Below are positions 27,701 through 40,458 of a stretch of DNA of 64,000 nucleotides, piece by piece. A program made the position numbers and the translations under genes. Each line of letters opens with the position of its first letter. The stretch's first letter is position 1. A model generated the notes under the pieces. It saw only the letters and a program-made list of their open reading frames with translations, ran no database searches and was not told where the DNA came from. The stretch is from NCBI RefSeq assembly GCF_037042905.1, contig NC_087245.1, positions 25,484,001 to 25,548,000 on the forward strand. The letters run 5' to 3'. The stretch is from Lytechinus pictus. Taxonomy: Eukaryota.

Positions 27701-30700
27701 GTTTTGCTTTCATGAATAGCATTGTATGCTTACTGCAGAGAGAAAAGTATTAAATTAATTGGTTATGAATTTGAAAAATAGAATTTCTCAGATTATAAGC
27801 GATATTATGCTCAAGATGCATCTAAGATCAATTGTTTGCTCTTAAACCTAATAGAGTCGTATTATTTTGACCCAGTTTGCGGCCAGGTTCTTAGCTGAAG
27901 ATTGCATGAGCACCGTGAAAATTGCACAGTGGTAGAATGCGATATGATCTACAAGGTCGTATGGTTAATTTTTCCAAATTAAGATTTTTTTATGAATCAA
28001 TAATGCTAATTTATGAATAAAATATAAATTTTGCCGTAATACACTAAATAAAGCATGATAAACTGCTAATTTTATTGAATTGATAAGATAAATTTCAATT
28101 TTCAGATGGTTCATGATGACTAATAAAATGTTTCTTTCAGGAGCAGGTGTGAAAATATTTGTCTCTTGATATACTGAAGGTACAATACAAGTGGAATGCA
28201 TCTGGCAGTCTCATCTGCATTACACAATTAGATCGAGTAGCAGTGCCAACATTCAAAACTGTAAAACAGATAAATTTTTTTAAAGGAGAGAGAGATAAAA
28301 AAAAATATTCATTTGATAATAAAGCCCAATACCGTACCTATTGTCTCGCTCTGCTATGCACCCATGACAAAACATATGAGACAAAAACATAGAAACAAGG
28401 AGAGCTCTGAATTGATTAACTTCTATATTTCTTACCACAGATTGCTTCCTTTTGTCTGAAGTAGGCAGCACCAAAGAGATGATCAGAGGTCCGTTCACAC
28501 TAGAGAATAAAAAACAAGGAAAAAGTTCAAAGATAGATTACATAAGAAACTAATTATGCATTAATGATTATTTCATTTCATTTCCTTTTCAGTCCAGGCT
28601 AGGCCCCCTAAAAATGGACTAAACCATGTTTTTTCATATGTAGGCCTAGAATATTCTTTTATGGTTTATTGTCAATTCGAGGGTGCTGATTCCAAATATA
28701 AATTATTCCACTTGTGTAACCTTGAGCATTTTCTGCAAATTGGCAAAATATAATATGACCACCAAAAATATGCAAATTACCCACAAAAATAATCAAATTC
28801 CCTGCACATTGGCTATAAAATGCATTTAATTGTGTTGTAGGAGGGAAATACTCGCTGAAAAAAAAAATGATTTTTTACAAAACATTGATGTTCTTGATAT
28901 TCAAATTGGCCGCCATAGAACCCTGTATTCTCTATTATGTCGATTATGCATGGGGAAAATTAATTTCAAGGACGTTCCACAGTTCAAATGAAATCCATGT
29001 CATTTCAACCAAATTTTACAGTTAAAATAAATTAGCACCTGATTATTCCAAATACATGTATGCAAAATTTATTATGGGTTCATTTGCTTGATTTTTTGCT
29101 ATTGAGCTTTACACAATACACAATAAAAATAATTTTGCATTTTTTAAACCTCACGAGATCACAACGTTGAGTTTAAACCTCTATTACTCAGTCAAAATCC
29201 ATCTTAATAATAATATAACCAAATTTTACATTGTAGTTCAGAATTTTATACTTAATATAAAGAATCAACCCATACTGCTATTCTTGTTTTACCTTTAAGG
29301 TGTAAAAGATGACAAAAACATATATCTACAAAATTAAAAATTTATATAACAAATTTAAGAAATACAACAAATGCTGCACTCTGTACAAAACCCATGTCAT
29401 TTTCACAAAATTTTGTATGGTTGTAGAGACAGGTATACTAAATAGGTGTGGATATTGAAAATTGGGGGTTCATGTGCTTGTTTTCAAAATATCAGCACTT
29501 TTGTGTGAACGAATTTGCTTTTAAAAAGACAAATAACACATCAAAAGGCTTGTATTCTCAAAAAGAAAAATGCTACACCACTATCCCATCTAATCAAACT
29601 CGACGTCATATTTGTCATACCTCGCAGCACTGCAGAGTAAACTATTCTAAAGTAGTAGAGGCATTTTAAAAAGTTGATCCATGGGATGATTGTACGTTTG
29701 CATTTTAACTTGTGATACAGATTTCATAACTTTCATTACTTATCTGTTATTACTACTGTTTTTTTCAGTTCTGCATAAGAACTAGAAACATATTGAAAAT
29801 CATCAAGCTGGCAGTATGCAAAGAAATTATGATGCAATTTGATATACGTTATCTATAGCCTTTGTTACAAAAACTTATTGCCAGTGACTCAGTGAGAGTA
29901 TAGGGTGCATATATGCACATTTGTGTAGACAACTAGACATGCCTTTAAACACTGCCAAAAATAAAATTATGGACTATATTTTTAATTAAAAAATATAGAG
30001 AAATTTGCCTGCCACATACAGGCAGTAAGCTTGATACACTGTATGTTTGATCTCGACTCTAATTTAATTTACATCTACATTTATGAGCTGGCTAATTAAT
30101 AACTTATTACATGCATTGTTTTGAGATTGTACTTACCAGGGGATATGTTCATCTCATGTGACATAAATATGTCGTACAATCTTGTCCCCGCTGTGCCTTG
30201 AACTGCCTTTGCGTCCTTTCAAAGTCATCCCTCGTTTGTTATGTATGAACGTCTATAAGAAGAATTTTTTTGAAATACAGAAATCTTGACTTCAAATTGA
30301 GAAGTATATACAGCATAGAGCAAGACAAATAATATTCAGAATAGAATAGGGTACCGAGTTGCTTTTTTGGCCGTTTGGCGTTTTTAATTGTTTTTTTGTT
30401 TTTGTTTATTATGTACAAGGGAAAATTTGGTGTTACATACACCTTACATACATGTATGTAGGCCCTCAATAAATCCCAAATCCTATTTTATAAACAAAAT
30501 TATGTTATCTAAGTAAAATACTCATTCACTGGAGTGCAAGCTGATTGCCTTCAGGGTGATAAAAATACATTTTTATGAATATATTTTTCTCTTTAATAAA
30601 TTCATGCATATAAGTATTTCTCACATTCCATGTGGCAGGAGGAAGAACAAGTCCAAAATAAGTCATCGAGAAGACAAAATTTCATATTTGCACAACACTG

Positions 30701-31389
30701 CAAAGTTTTTATGTGTCATTTTGAAACTTGTATTAAAGTTTGAAATTCAAAATAGGAAAAAAAATGTAGCAACAAATGCTATATTATGCATCGGACAATA
30801 AAAGTACATACATGTATGTACGTCTTGATGAGTAGATTTATTTTCTTTTTTGTGATTAGTATGGGTCAATGAAAACAAAATTCACATCACAGGCAGAATC
30901 TTTGCTCTTTAAACATATACCTTCATCTTGTCAGTTTCTCTGAAACTTAGAATTATGTTGGAATAGGTGGTACTACTGTATGTACACAATAAAAATTGGT
31001 TTCATCTATGACTTATTTAGATAGTAATTGACAAAAGTAATTGGTAATTGATAAAAATATTATTTAATTGAAAAGTAATTGTAATTGAACATTTATTCAA
31101 TTACATAATTACAATTGTAATTGTAATTAAAGAATGTAATTGAGCCCAACCCTGACATGTACGTATTATAGGCCTATAGATTCCATGCGAAATGTAGCTG
31201 GAGAGGAGGGTCCCTCATTACATGGGTGCATGGTTAATGAGCCTGCAGCAGGCATCCCAATCTTGCAGCTTCTACATTGTAGTCTATAAAGAGTTAAAGA
31301 CACTTGAGATGAGACAATTCTGTTGTTGTTTGTTGGATTTTAATGGCGACCAGTCATATTTGACTATTACCGCCAACTCATTAGGCCTG

Positions 31390-34104
31390 GGTCAAATCAA
31401 CCAATTTTCAGACAATTTGTCACCCGACCCTCTTCGATTTTCTTTAAACTCGGACCAAATGTTGCCCCAAGTGTCTGACGGAAAAATCTCGAATATTTTG
31501 CCCCAAGGTCAAACGGTTGCTAAGATATGGCCTCCCATAGCAACCAATGCGCACTCAAAGAAATTATTTTAAATAAAATTGCCTATTTTTGATTGACAAC
31601 TGCAGAAAAATTTGATGAGTTACAGTCCTCATTTTAAGTAAATTGGAAGAACTTTTTGGTCTAAACATGCAGAGTATACTATTGCGCGGACCTGTCGACC
31701 GGATTTCGCACACGAGGTCACCGAAAATGGTGTTAAGCATCCATGTCAATGTTTTCAGAAGCATGTTTGGAGGCTCATAAATCAAAAATTCAATTAGCTT
31801 AGAACCAAATATTATGCACATTTATGGACTTTCATATACTCAACAGAATTAGAAAATATTGACCCAAGAGTGTGCGTTGTTTTCTTGTAGGGCGCCCTCA
31901 AAGTTGGATTTTTTTTCAAAAGATGCCAAGTTCAAGGTCACGGATCACCTCCCGTCCCATCAAGGAGGGGAACCAATTTCTGTGTTTTGATAGACATTTA
32001 CCCATATTGTCAAGTGTTACTTGAGAAATTTTGCTACCGGAATGTTTAGTGGCTGATTTACGCATTCCAAAATGGCATGCTTTTCACCACTTTTCAAATT
32101 GTGATAACTCAAAAATGAAGAGCCAAGAGACATAGATATCTTCTGTGATGATAGTCTGTAATTAGTATTAAAAGGACATATCTTCATAAATAGTTTGTAT
32201 TGTTGGTAATGACCTTGAAAACACACCTAAAATTCGATAAAAACAATAACTTGGTTAATTTTCCAAAATCATATGGCATTCAAGTGTGTTTACATTGACT
32301 TTCAAATGGGTGTCATTTCAATACTAAGGGTGAGTTTAAGCCAAAAATTGAAAGACATGTTCAACTTTTGTTCTCCTTTTAGCAACATGAAATATTTGAA
32401 CTCAACACCATATCATTTGACCTTGAAATTATTCCAAATATTGCTATTTGTGCTCCATAAGTAGCAAATTCAAATCATGCGTGTACTTTGCAACACATTT
32501 CAAAGTGGATTTTCTCGTAAAGAGAATACCTGATCAGGTTGATATTTGCTGTATTTGTAGTCTGTAATGAGTACTTGGAGGATCTACAGTTTAAGTAAAT
32601 TTTCTTTAATGATAATGACCTTGAAAATATAGCTTAAAATCATTTAAATCAATAAATCAGACAATTTTCATTACCGGTAATAATCAAGTGTTTTCATCCA
32701 CTTTTAATTGTGTGTCATTCCACCTTAGATTGTGAGTTCATGCTGATAATTGCAAATCATGCTCCACTTTTGGTCTACTTTAATCTACATAAAATATTTG
32801 AACTCAAAACCATATAATTTGACCTTGAAAATATTCCAAATACAGCTCTTTGTGCTTCATAAGTAGCTTCATATCACGCATGTACTTTGCAACACATTTC
32901 AAAATGGATTTTCTCATAAAGAGAATATCTGATCAGGTTGATATTTGCAGTGTTAGTAGTCTGTAATGAGTTCTTGGAGGATCTGCAGATTAAGTAACTA
33001 TTCTCTCATGACAATGACCTTGAAAATACAGCTGAAAATTGTAAAAATCAATAAATCAGACAATTTTCATTACTAATCAAGTGTTTTCATCCACTTTTAA
33101 TTGTGCATCATTCCATCTTAGATTGTGAGTTCATGCTGATAATTGCAAATCATGTTCCACTTTTGTTCTACTTCAAGCTACATAAAATATTTGAACTCAA
33201 AACCATATCATTTGACCTTGAAATTATTCCAAATATAGCTATTTGTGCTTCACAAGTAGCACATTTCTGAAGATATATCCTTTTAATACTAATTACAGAC
33301 TATCATCACAGAAGATATCACCATCTCTTGGCTCTTCATTTTTGAGTTATCACAATTTGAAAAGTGGTGAAAAGCATGTATGTGTCATTTAACATTAAGT
33401 TTAGGGTGTTTACAACCATTTTGGAATGCGTAAATCAGCCACTAAACATTCCGGTAGCAAAATTTCTCAAGTAACACTTGACAATATGGGTAAATGTCTA
33501 TGATCAAAACACAGAAATTGGTCCCCCTCCTTGATGGGACGGGAGGTGATCCGTGACCTTGAACTTGGCATCTTTTGAAAAAAAATCCAACTTGGAGGGC
33601 GCCCTACAAGAAACCGACGCACACTCTTGGGTCAATATTTTCTAATTCTGTTGAGTATATGAAAGTCCATAAATGTGCATACATTGTAATATTTGGTTCT
33701 AAGCTAATTGAATTTTTTATTTATGAGCCTCCAAACATGCTTCTGAAAACATTGACATGGATGCTTACATGTAACACCATTTCCGTGACCTTGTGTGCGA
33801 AACCCGGTCGACACGTCCGCGCAATAGTATACTCTGCATGTTTAGACCAAAAAGTTCTTCCAATTTATTTAAAATGAGGACTGCAACTCCTCAAATTTTT
33901 CTGCAGTTGTCAATCAAAAATAGGCAATTTTATTTAAAATAATTTCTTTGAGTGTGCATTGGTTGATATGGGAGGCCGTATCTTAGCAACCGTTTGACCT
34001 TGGGGCAAAATATTTAAAATTTTTCCGTCAGACACTTGGGGCAACATTTGGTCCGAGTTTAAAGAAAATCGAAGAGGGTCGGGTGACAAGCATTGGTTGA
34101 TTTG
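31390..34104. mobile_element. ~2.7-kb foldback-type element: ~800-bp inverted arms around ~2.5 tandem ~400-bp units
   Basis: Arm 31390-32190 is the reverse complement of 33263-34104. Internal units start gaccttgaaa near 32210, 32617 and 33016. No ORF with recognisable domains. Confidence 0.85.
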
Positions 34105-35898
34105 ACATGGATTGACCCGCCTACTATTATTTATTTTTTTTCGACGTGTCCTTTAAAATCGTACCTCTCCTTCTTTTTTTTTTCTGGACTGAGCACTGCA
34201 TTATAAAGGGAAGGGGGATGGGAGGGGAAGGTTACATAAATCAGTTCACAGTGTATTTGAATATACATGTATGGTTAAATATATAATTTATATTCTCTAT
34301 AATTATTTCTTTCACAACAAAATAAATGAACAAATAAACAAATTAATGGATAAGTAAATCAAACAGGTGGACCACTTCTGGCAGTCTTGTCTTGGTCTTC
34401 GTTCATATATTTGAAATATCACTGACGAACACCAGTAAAAACCCACTCTTCAGACAAGGGTTCATTACATGCTGCCACGCACAGAAAAATCAAGCCACAG
34501 AAGTCGTGTTGTGGACGCCAGAAGTGGCGTCGCAGCACGCGAGACCCACTAGTTAGAAATCCACTGCAAAACGCGGTTCTGTGTGCGGGGTTAGTATACT
34601 ACTAACCTCGCGCTAGTGTGAGTGGTAAAAACCCAATGTTATGACTCAGGCATAATTCTATATAAAATTTTACTTCATTCTCAAAAAGAATTCAAAGGAA
34701 ACTCACCTTCATTTGAAACCATAATATTCACACTTTCATTGCTGACACGCTTCATCTGATCCCCTTCATGAAGACATCCTGTAAAATAAAAATATAACGA
34801 AAGACCGTTTAAGATTTTTGTTTCAGATTTTTTTTTTTTTTTATAGATCTAGATTCTAGGCCTACATGTATATACATGTACATGTAGATCTACAAAACAT
34901 TCTTATCCTGGGTTTGTTTTAAACAAAATTGTATGCTCACAATATGCCCTTTACCTTATTTCTATAATGCAGTCATAATAATCATTATAATTATGCCTTC
35001 ATTATAGAAATACTAGGGTAAAAGACATACGTAGGATGAGTGGCCAGACACATGTCATAAGTAACCCTGGGACCTGTTTCATGACGAGATGAGCGATACG
35101 TACATGTAGGAACGTCCTTTGACCATTCTTCCAAGATAGGAAGATTGGCGACAAATCAGCGCTTTCCGTTTCACGAAGGCAATTTTGTCTTCCAAGTCCG
35201 CAACATCGTTTGATATCGATAGTATTGGAAAAATATTTAGTCTTCATCATCACCTGAACCTTTTATTTCGGAATGACGACGTTTCATAAAATCATGTTTC
35301 AATAAATGGAGATCAAATAATTTCTTATTTATTACTGATTGTAGAATTGATGTATGGAGCTTACTTTATGAGGTCAAAAGAGAAAAAACTTTAAAGATTT
35401 ACATACATAATTGGATAAAATCAAAATTTTCATTATTTCCCTTATCTAGAACACGGAGCAATTTTAGAGACACCTTTCATTGATATTTTAATGAAAGAGA
35501 CCCCTTTCTGACATAAAAATTGAAGTAACTAAGTACTTTCGACATTGTATTCTTATTCTGAATTTTTATAGAATACTTATATAGTGATAATTTAGCAAAT
35601 TATGCTTTAAATGTTATTTGTTGAGGTAAAAATAGGGTTTGAATGGAGCTAACAAAACTCAATGTGTCTGATTGTGTGAGACTTAAAAGGAAAATATGAG
35701 AGGCTGCATGTGAAAAATCAAATTGATTTATTTTATTGTCAGCAAGAAATACAAGCAAAATATGAAAATTGCTGCAAACATGTCAAGTGGGTAAAGTAGT
35801 ACTTTGCAATATTAATAATAAAACAGAAAAATGTGTGAAATCAATTCGCAATGGAAAAAAAAACTATTTACAGAAACAATTAATTCAGAAACAATTAA

Positions 35899-36292
35899 AG
35901 AGAAATTCCAGTATTTGCAGTAAACACTGATTTCATGAGAAAGTCTGTAAAACAAGGCTTAATTGTCAGTATATCATCGAGGATCTAGATCTGGTACAGT
36001 TACATAAACTGAACTTTGTGAAATCTTGAAATCTACGCTGAAAAATGTTCACACTGAAGATCACCAACACAGATAGGCACACGTGGGACAGTGTATTATT
36101 ATTGCTAAAATAAAGACCCGACGGAAGTGACCGAATCCGCGCTTATTTTGCTTATTTCTCAGCAATTACACAATTTCTTCCAGAATCCTTTGGCACATAT
36201 TTTTTATTCATACAAACAGACACTTAGGTGGTCATTATATTAGATTCTGTAAAAAGTCATTTTTAGATCGTTACCAAAACTGGAATTTATCT
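35899..36292. mobile_element. 394-bp TTAA-specific MITE (Kolobok-like), copy 1
   Basis: TTAA TSD; TIR agagaaattccagt / actggaatttatct; nearly identical to 58696-59089. Confidence 0.85.
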
Positions 36293-36678
36293 TTAATGCT
36301 AAAAATGACAATGATCATAAACATGATTGGTCATATCTAAAGTTTATGGAAGTTTATAAGAACATAAGCTTCAAGAATATAAAAAAATATTATATGTTCA
36401 ACAATACAAAGTTAAAAGGTCCAATGCATTATTGCTTTAACATGACCGCCTACCCAAATAACAAATACTAAAATTCAATACGTGATTATAAATAATTAAT
36501 ATAGGGGCCTAATAATAATTATTTATAATCACATATTAAATTTTAGTATTTGTTAAATAATTTTTATCTATAAATTGTTCTTCAAAAACAGCATTTTGTA
36601 ACATCGCTAATCGAAGGTACGTCAAAAAGAAGCGGTTCAAGCATCAGACCTATTGTATACGCTTTGTTGACAAAAAAA

Positions 36679-37205
36679 GGGAGCTCCGGCACGCTTCGTG
36701 GGCCAAAGCAAAGGCAAAGAATCGACCATGCAAAAAAAGGGAGACACGGGACTGGGGTAGCGTAGATTAATCTTAATAAAATGTGGAAACAAAAATTATG
36801 CACTTACCACGATTGTATGGATGAAGGTCTATCATGACACACAAATCTTGACATCGATGCACAGACTGGAACCTCAAAAAAAACAAAATATAGCCTCGGT
36901 CTCGATCGACCATTTTGTTTTGAATTTTGAAAGAAAGGAGAGGGAGAGGTATCGCGACAGAACTTTTCGTTTCTTGTATCAAGGAGCTGTGTTGGAAGCT
37001 CCTTGCTTGTATTAAGGTTCCAGTCTGTGCCTCGATGTCAGGATTTGTGTGTCACGATAGACCCTTCATCCACATAATCGTGGTTAGTGCATAATTTCTG
37101 TTTCCACATTTTATTAAGATTACTATTGAGACCCCAATCTACCCCAGTGTCTCCCTCGTTTTGCACGGTCGACTCCTGGGCTCCGGCCCGCGGGCCGGAG
37201 CTCCC
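36679..37205. repeat. Inverted repeat, ~195-bp arms with ~140-bp spacer
   Basis: 36679-36874 is the reverse complement of 37015-37205; the inner ~107 bp are highly similar. Confidence 0.88.
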
Positions 37206-37524
37206 TGGGTTAGACTTAGTTAGAGTTAACCACTCATCCTACGAACATCTGACTCTGAGGGAGCGCACAATCAGTCTCACTCTCAGTCAGAAACAGACAA
37301 ATTACACGATAAAACCCAATTAATAATTCACACATACTCACCTTTAAATTACCCTCCTTTATTTCAAGAAAGAAAAGTGCTATTAAAAACTCATCAATAA
37401 CGACAATAACTCATTGAAATCACATTTTGGGTCGTACCTTCTCTTCTTAGTTTCAGCATTCGTGTTTTGAATATGGCGCTTTAATTGATGGTGTCGCCGA
37501 AACGTCCAATCGCTTACCCGGTAA

Positions 37525-37603
37525 TGGAAAAGGAAAGGAAAAGAAAGGAAAGGAATTAAAGGAGAGGAGGGGAGGGGAGGAGAGGGGAGGGGAGAGGAGA
37601 GGA
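37525..37603. repeat. (GGAAA)n/(GGAGA)n polypurine tract
   Basis: Direct reading; lies just upstream of the candidate lncRNA first exon. Confidence 0.85.
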
Positions 37604-38280
37604 GTTGATTTTTCTTTTATATTCCAATATGAAAACTAGACATATACTTACCCGACAAGGGAACCTGTTAAGCATGAAGAAGATACCCATTCTTTCCGTG
37701 ATTATAACCAGTGCATAGAATGTTCCTGTTTAGGTCTAAATCTATACAAAAATAAGCTGGCGCTTCGTCTTCGCATTTATTGTCTATTCAGTGACTTGCA
37801 TATAATTTTTCTTCATTTGAAATTAAGTGCCCAGTTTTCATGTCAGAAAATCAAAAACTTTAATCTTGGCGCTCGCATCAGCTGTTTTAACTTGTTTAGT
37901 AATAAACCACTCCTGTTCATGGTTACAAAAGTGCTTAGGCCTACAATTTCAAATTTTCAGTTTTTTTTCATATCAACAATTTTATAGCGCTTTGCGCTGG
38001 TAATATACTCAGAATATCCATTTCAGGTCGGATTATAGCTTGCGCTTCGCGCGCTTCGCGCCCGCATCAATCACTGATTTGAAAAGTTATCAAGAAATTT
38101 GATTTCTTTTATTTGTGTCAATTCATGGCCCATGCTCGCATTTTGATTAGTAAGAAATACATAATCTTCATGAATTCTTTAAAATTTTCCTATTTATTGT
38201 AAGTTTTTCCAAAATTTTAACCCCGCGCTACGTTCGCATAGAAACACATCTTTTCATGAATTCCTTCAAACAGTCCTTAA

Positions 38281-38869
38281 AGGGATGATCCAGGCCGGAG
38301 ATATTTATATCTCAATAAATAGAGTAAAATTCACAAAGCATAATGCTTAAAATCTGATCAAAATCGGATAAAAAATAACGAAGTTATTGAACTTTAAAGA
38401 TTTGCATTATTCCGGTGAAACATGCATACGTTCTAGGCATGTCTTTATGAATATTCATTAGGTGGGCTGATGATGTCATATCCCCACTTGTTCTTTTTGT
38501 ATTTTATTATATGAAATTAGGTTTATTCAAAAATGTGCCACTAAGAACTAAAACAACTGGATTGACAACCGATTAAGTGCATAGTTATTTATTGCCGTAA
38601 CTTATTTCATCATAATGGAGACACATCATTTACACATGTATGAAAAAATGAAAAATTTATGATTTTATGTAATGTGACATCATCAGCCCATCTAATGAAT
38701 ATTCATGACGATGTGCATATAACTGTTTTCACAAAATGTTGATAAACTTTAAAATTCAATAACTTTATTTGTTATCCGATTTTGATGAAATTTTCAGCAG
38801 AATTGCTCTGTGAATTTTATTCTATTTACATGTATTTAGATATAAATATTTTCAGCCCGGACCATCCCT
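38281..38869. mobile_element. ~590-bp TTAA-specific MITE (Kolobok-like)
   Basis: TTAA TSD; TIR agggatgatccaggc / gcccggaccatccct; internal inverted atgaatattcattaggtgggctgatgatgtca motif. Related fragments near 39063-39300, 12350-12720 and 57850-58213. Confidence 0.8.
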
Positions 38870-39564
38870 TTAAACCATTCCCTGATATCATGATTAGCTT
38901 TCAGAGCCGTAGCCAAGGGGTTCCCTGGGTTCTGCGGAAACCCGCCGCTTACCAACAGCCAAAAAAAAAGGAAAATGGGAAGGAGAGGAGGAAATTAATA
39001 AATTCCCTTTTCATGTCAGTAGGCCTATATCAATTATTTTCAGCGCTTTGAATTCACCTTAAAGGGCTACTCCAGCCTGAAAATATATAATACGATTTGA
39101 ACAGATATATATATATAATCAAACAAACAGCCCTCGATCATCTGATCAAAGTCGGACAAGGAAAGAAGTTATACCATTTTGAATTACTTTGCATTACTTC
39201 CGTGAAACAGCTCCATACATATCTTCATGAACATTCAATAAGCAAACTGATGATGCCACATATCTCCCACTTGTTTTTTTTTGTATTTTGTTACATGAAA
39301 TTATGTCCTCTTTATTTAAAAGCGTGCTTACAAAGGTGTACAGCTTATTGTTCATTCCTTTGATACATGCTTAATTACAGGATGCGTAACTAAAAAAAAA
39401 TCAATTTCTAATCTATTTATTACTTATTATTAGGTACAACTTTTTTCCTCTATAGCTCTTTCACCCTCTCTCCTTTTTTTCTTCTTCTCCCCTCCTCATT
39501 TTCCTCCTTCTTCTACAGGAATCTACAACAGATATCTAAAAAAAAAAAAAGTGTTGAAAATTAT

Positions 39565-39637
39565 TGTTTCCGCCCGGGCTCGAACCGGGGACCTTGCGCG
39601 TGTGAAGCGCACGTGATAACCACTACACTACGGAAAC
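39565..39637 (-). tRNA. tRNA-Val(CAC)
   Basis: GTTTCCGTAGTGTAGTGGTTATCACGTGCGCTTCACACGCGCAAGGTCCCCGGTTCGAGCCCGGGCGGAAACA: 73 nt, full cloverleaf, anticodon stem TGCGC/GCGCA with loop TT-CAC-AC, A and B boxes, oligo-T terminator just downstream. Confidence 0.96.
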
Positions 39638-40190
39638 GCTGTTGATGTTGTCATATTACATCACGTTTAATTCAGTTCTTGGTTCCTGTTTGCCATACTG
39701 ATAGATTATGAAGGCTCTGTGTGGGTACTGATTGGTCATTTATAAACGCACCTCAGATCCTAGAAAAGGGTATTTAGACTATTATGAAAAAAGAAAGAAA
39801 ATCAATTCCTTTGTTATTTTCATTTTGACACATAAATTATTTTTTATTTTCATTATTATCATACTTCTTCTCGTCTCCTCCTCCTCTTCTTCTTTTTATT
39901 AGTTGTTCTCTTCCTTCTTCTCTTTCTTCTTCATTCTCTCTCTTTTCCTTCCTCTCCCATCTTTTATTCTCACAAGTCTTTTATTCTTATCAATTTTCAT
40001 TTTCATTATCATCCTTATTCTTGTCTCCTCCTCCTCTTCTTCTTTTTATTAGTTGTTCTCTTCCTTCTCCTTCTTTTTCTTCTTCTTCTCTCTCTGTTCC
40101 TCCTCTCCCATACTTTAATCTTATCAAGTCTGCACAAGAGGGAACAAAACAGGAGCAGTCTATTCTCTAATGATTCTTTCTGTGGACATC

Positions 40191-40458
40191 AGGGCCCCAT
40201 CTTACAAAAAGGTCGCGATTGATCCAATCAATCGCAACTATGGAAAGCCAGCAAAGTCAACATCTAAAATTGCATGTTTGTTCAAAACTATTTTCCAGAA
40301 ATGATGTAATATTCATCCATTCACTGTTTTCTTGACAGCTCATATGCTTCTCTTTGTTTCCAAAGAATATCGATCAAATTTCCTGAAGAAAAATTATGGC
40401 ATTGATGGATACTTGAGATTGATAGGATCAATCGTAACTCTTTGTAAGACGGGGCCCA
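40191..40458. mobile_element. Harbinger-like MITE
   Basis: cag flanks; termini gggccccatcttacaaaa / tttgtaagacggggccc. Confidence 0.65.

Larger units (their letters stand above)
26000..37480 (-). ncRNA. Candidate spliced long non-coding transcript
   Basis: Well-formed minus-strand exons: first exon ending 37342 (ag|gtgagt), 34707-34778, 30137-30252, 28436-28499, 27561-27732, and a terminal acceptor at 26197. No long joined ORF. Both outer coordinates are guesses. Confidence 0.4.

Noticed and set aside
34585..34618. Hairpin followed by CTAGT, resembling a Helitron 3' end
   Set aside because: The hairpin abuts CTAG without the usual spacer, and I found no matching 5' end or second copy.
35150..35256. 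Possible C/D-box snoRNA on the minus strand (GTGATGA...CTGA)
   Set aside because: Weak terminal stem, no rRNA-complementary guide that I recognise, and it overlaps what looks like a decayed MITE.
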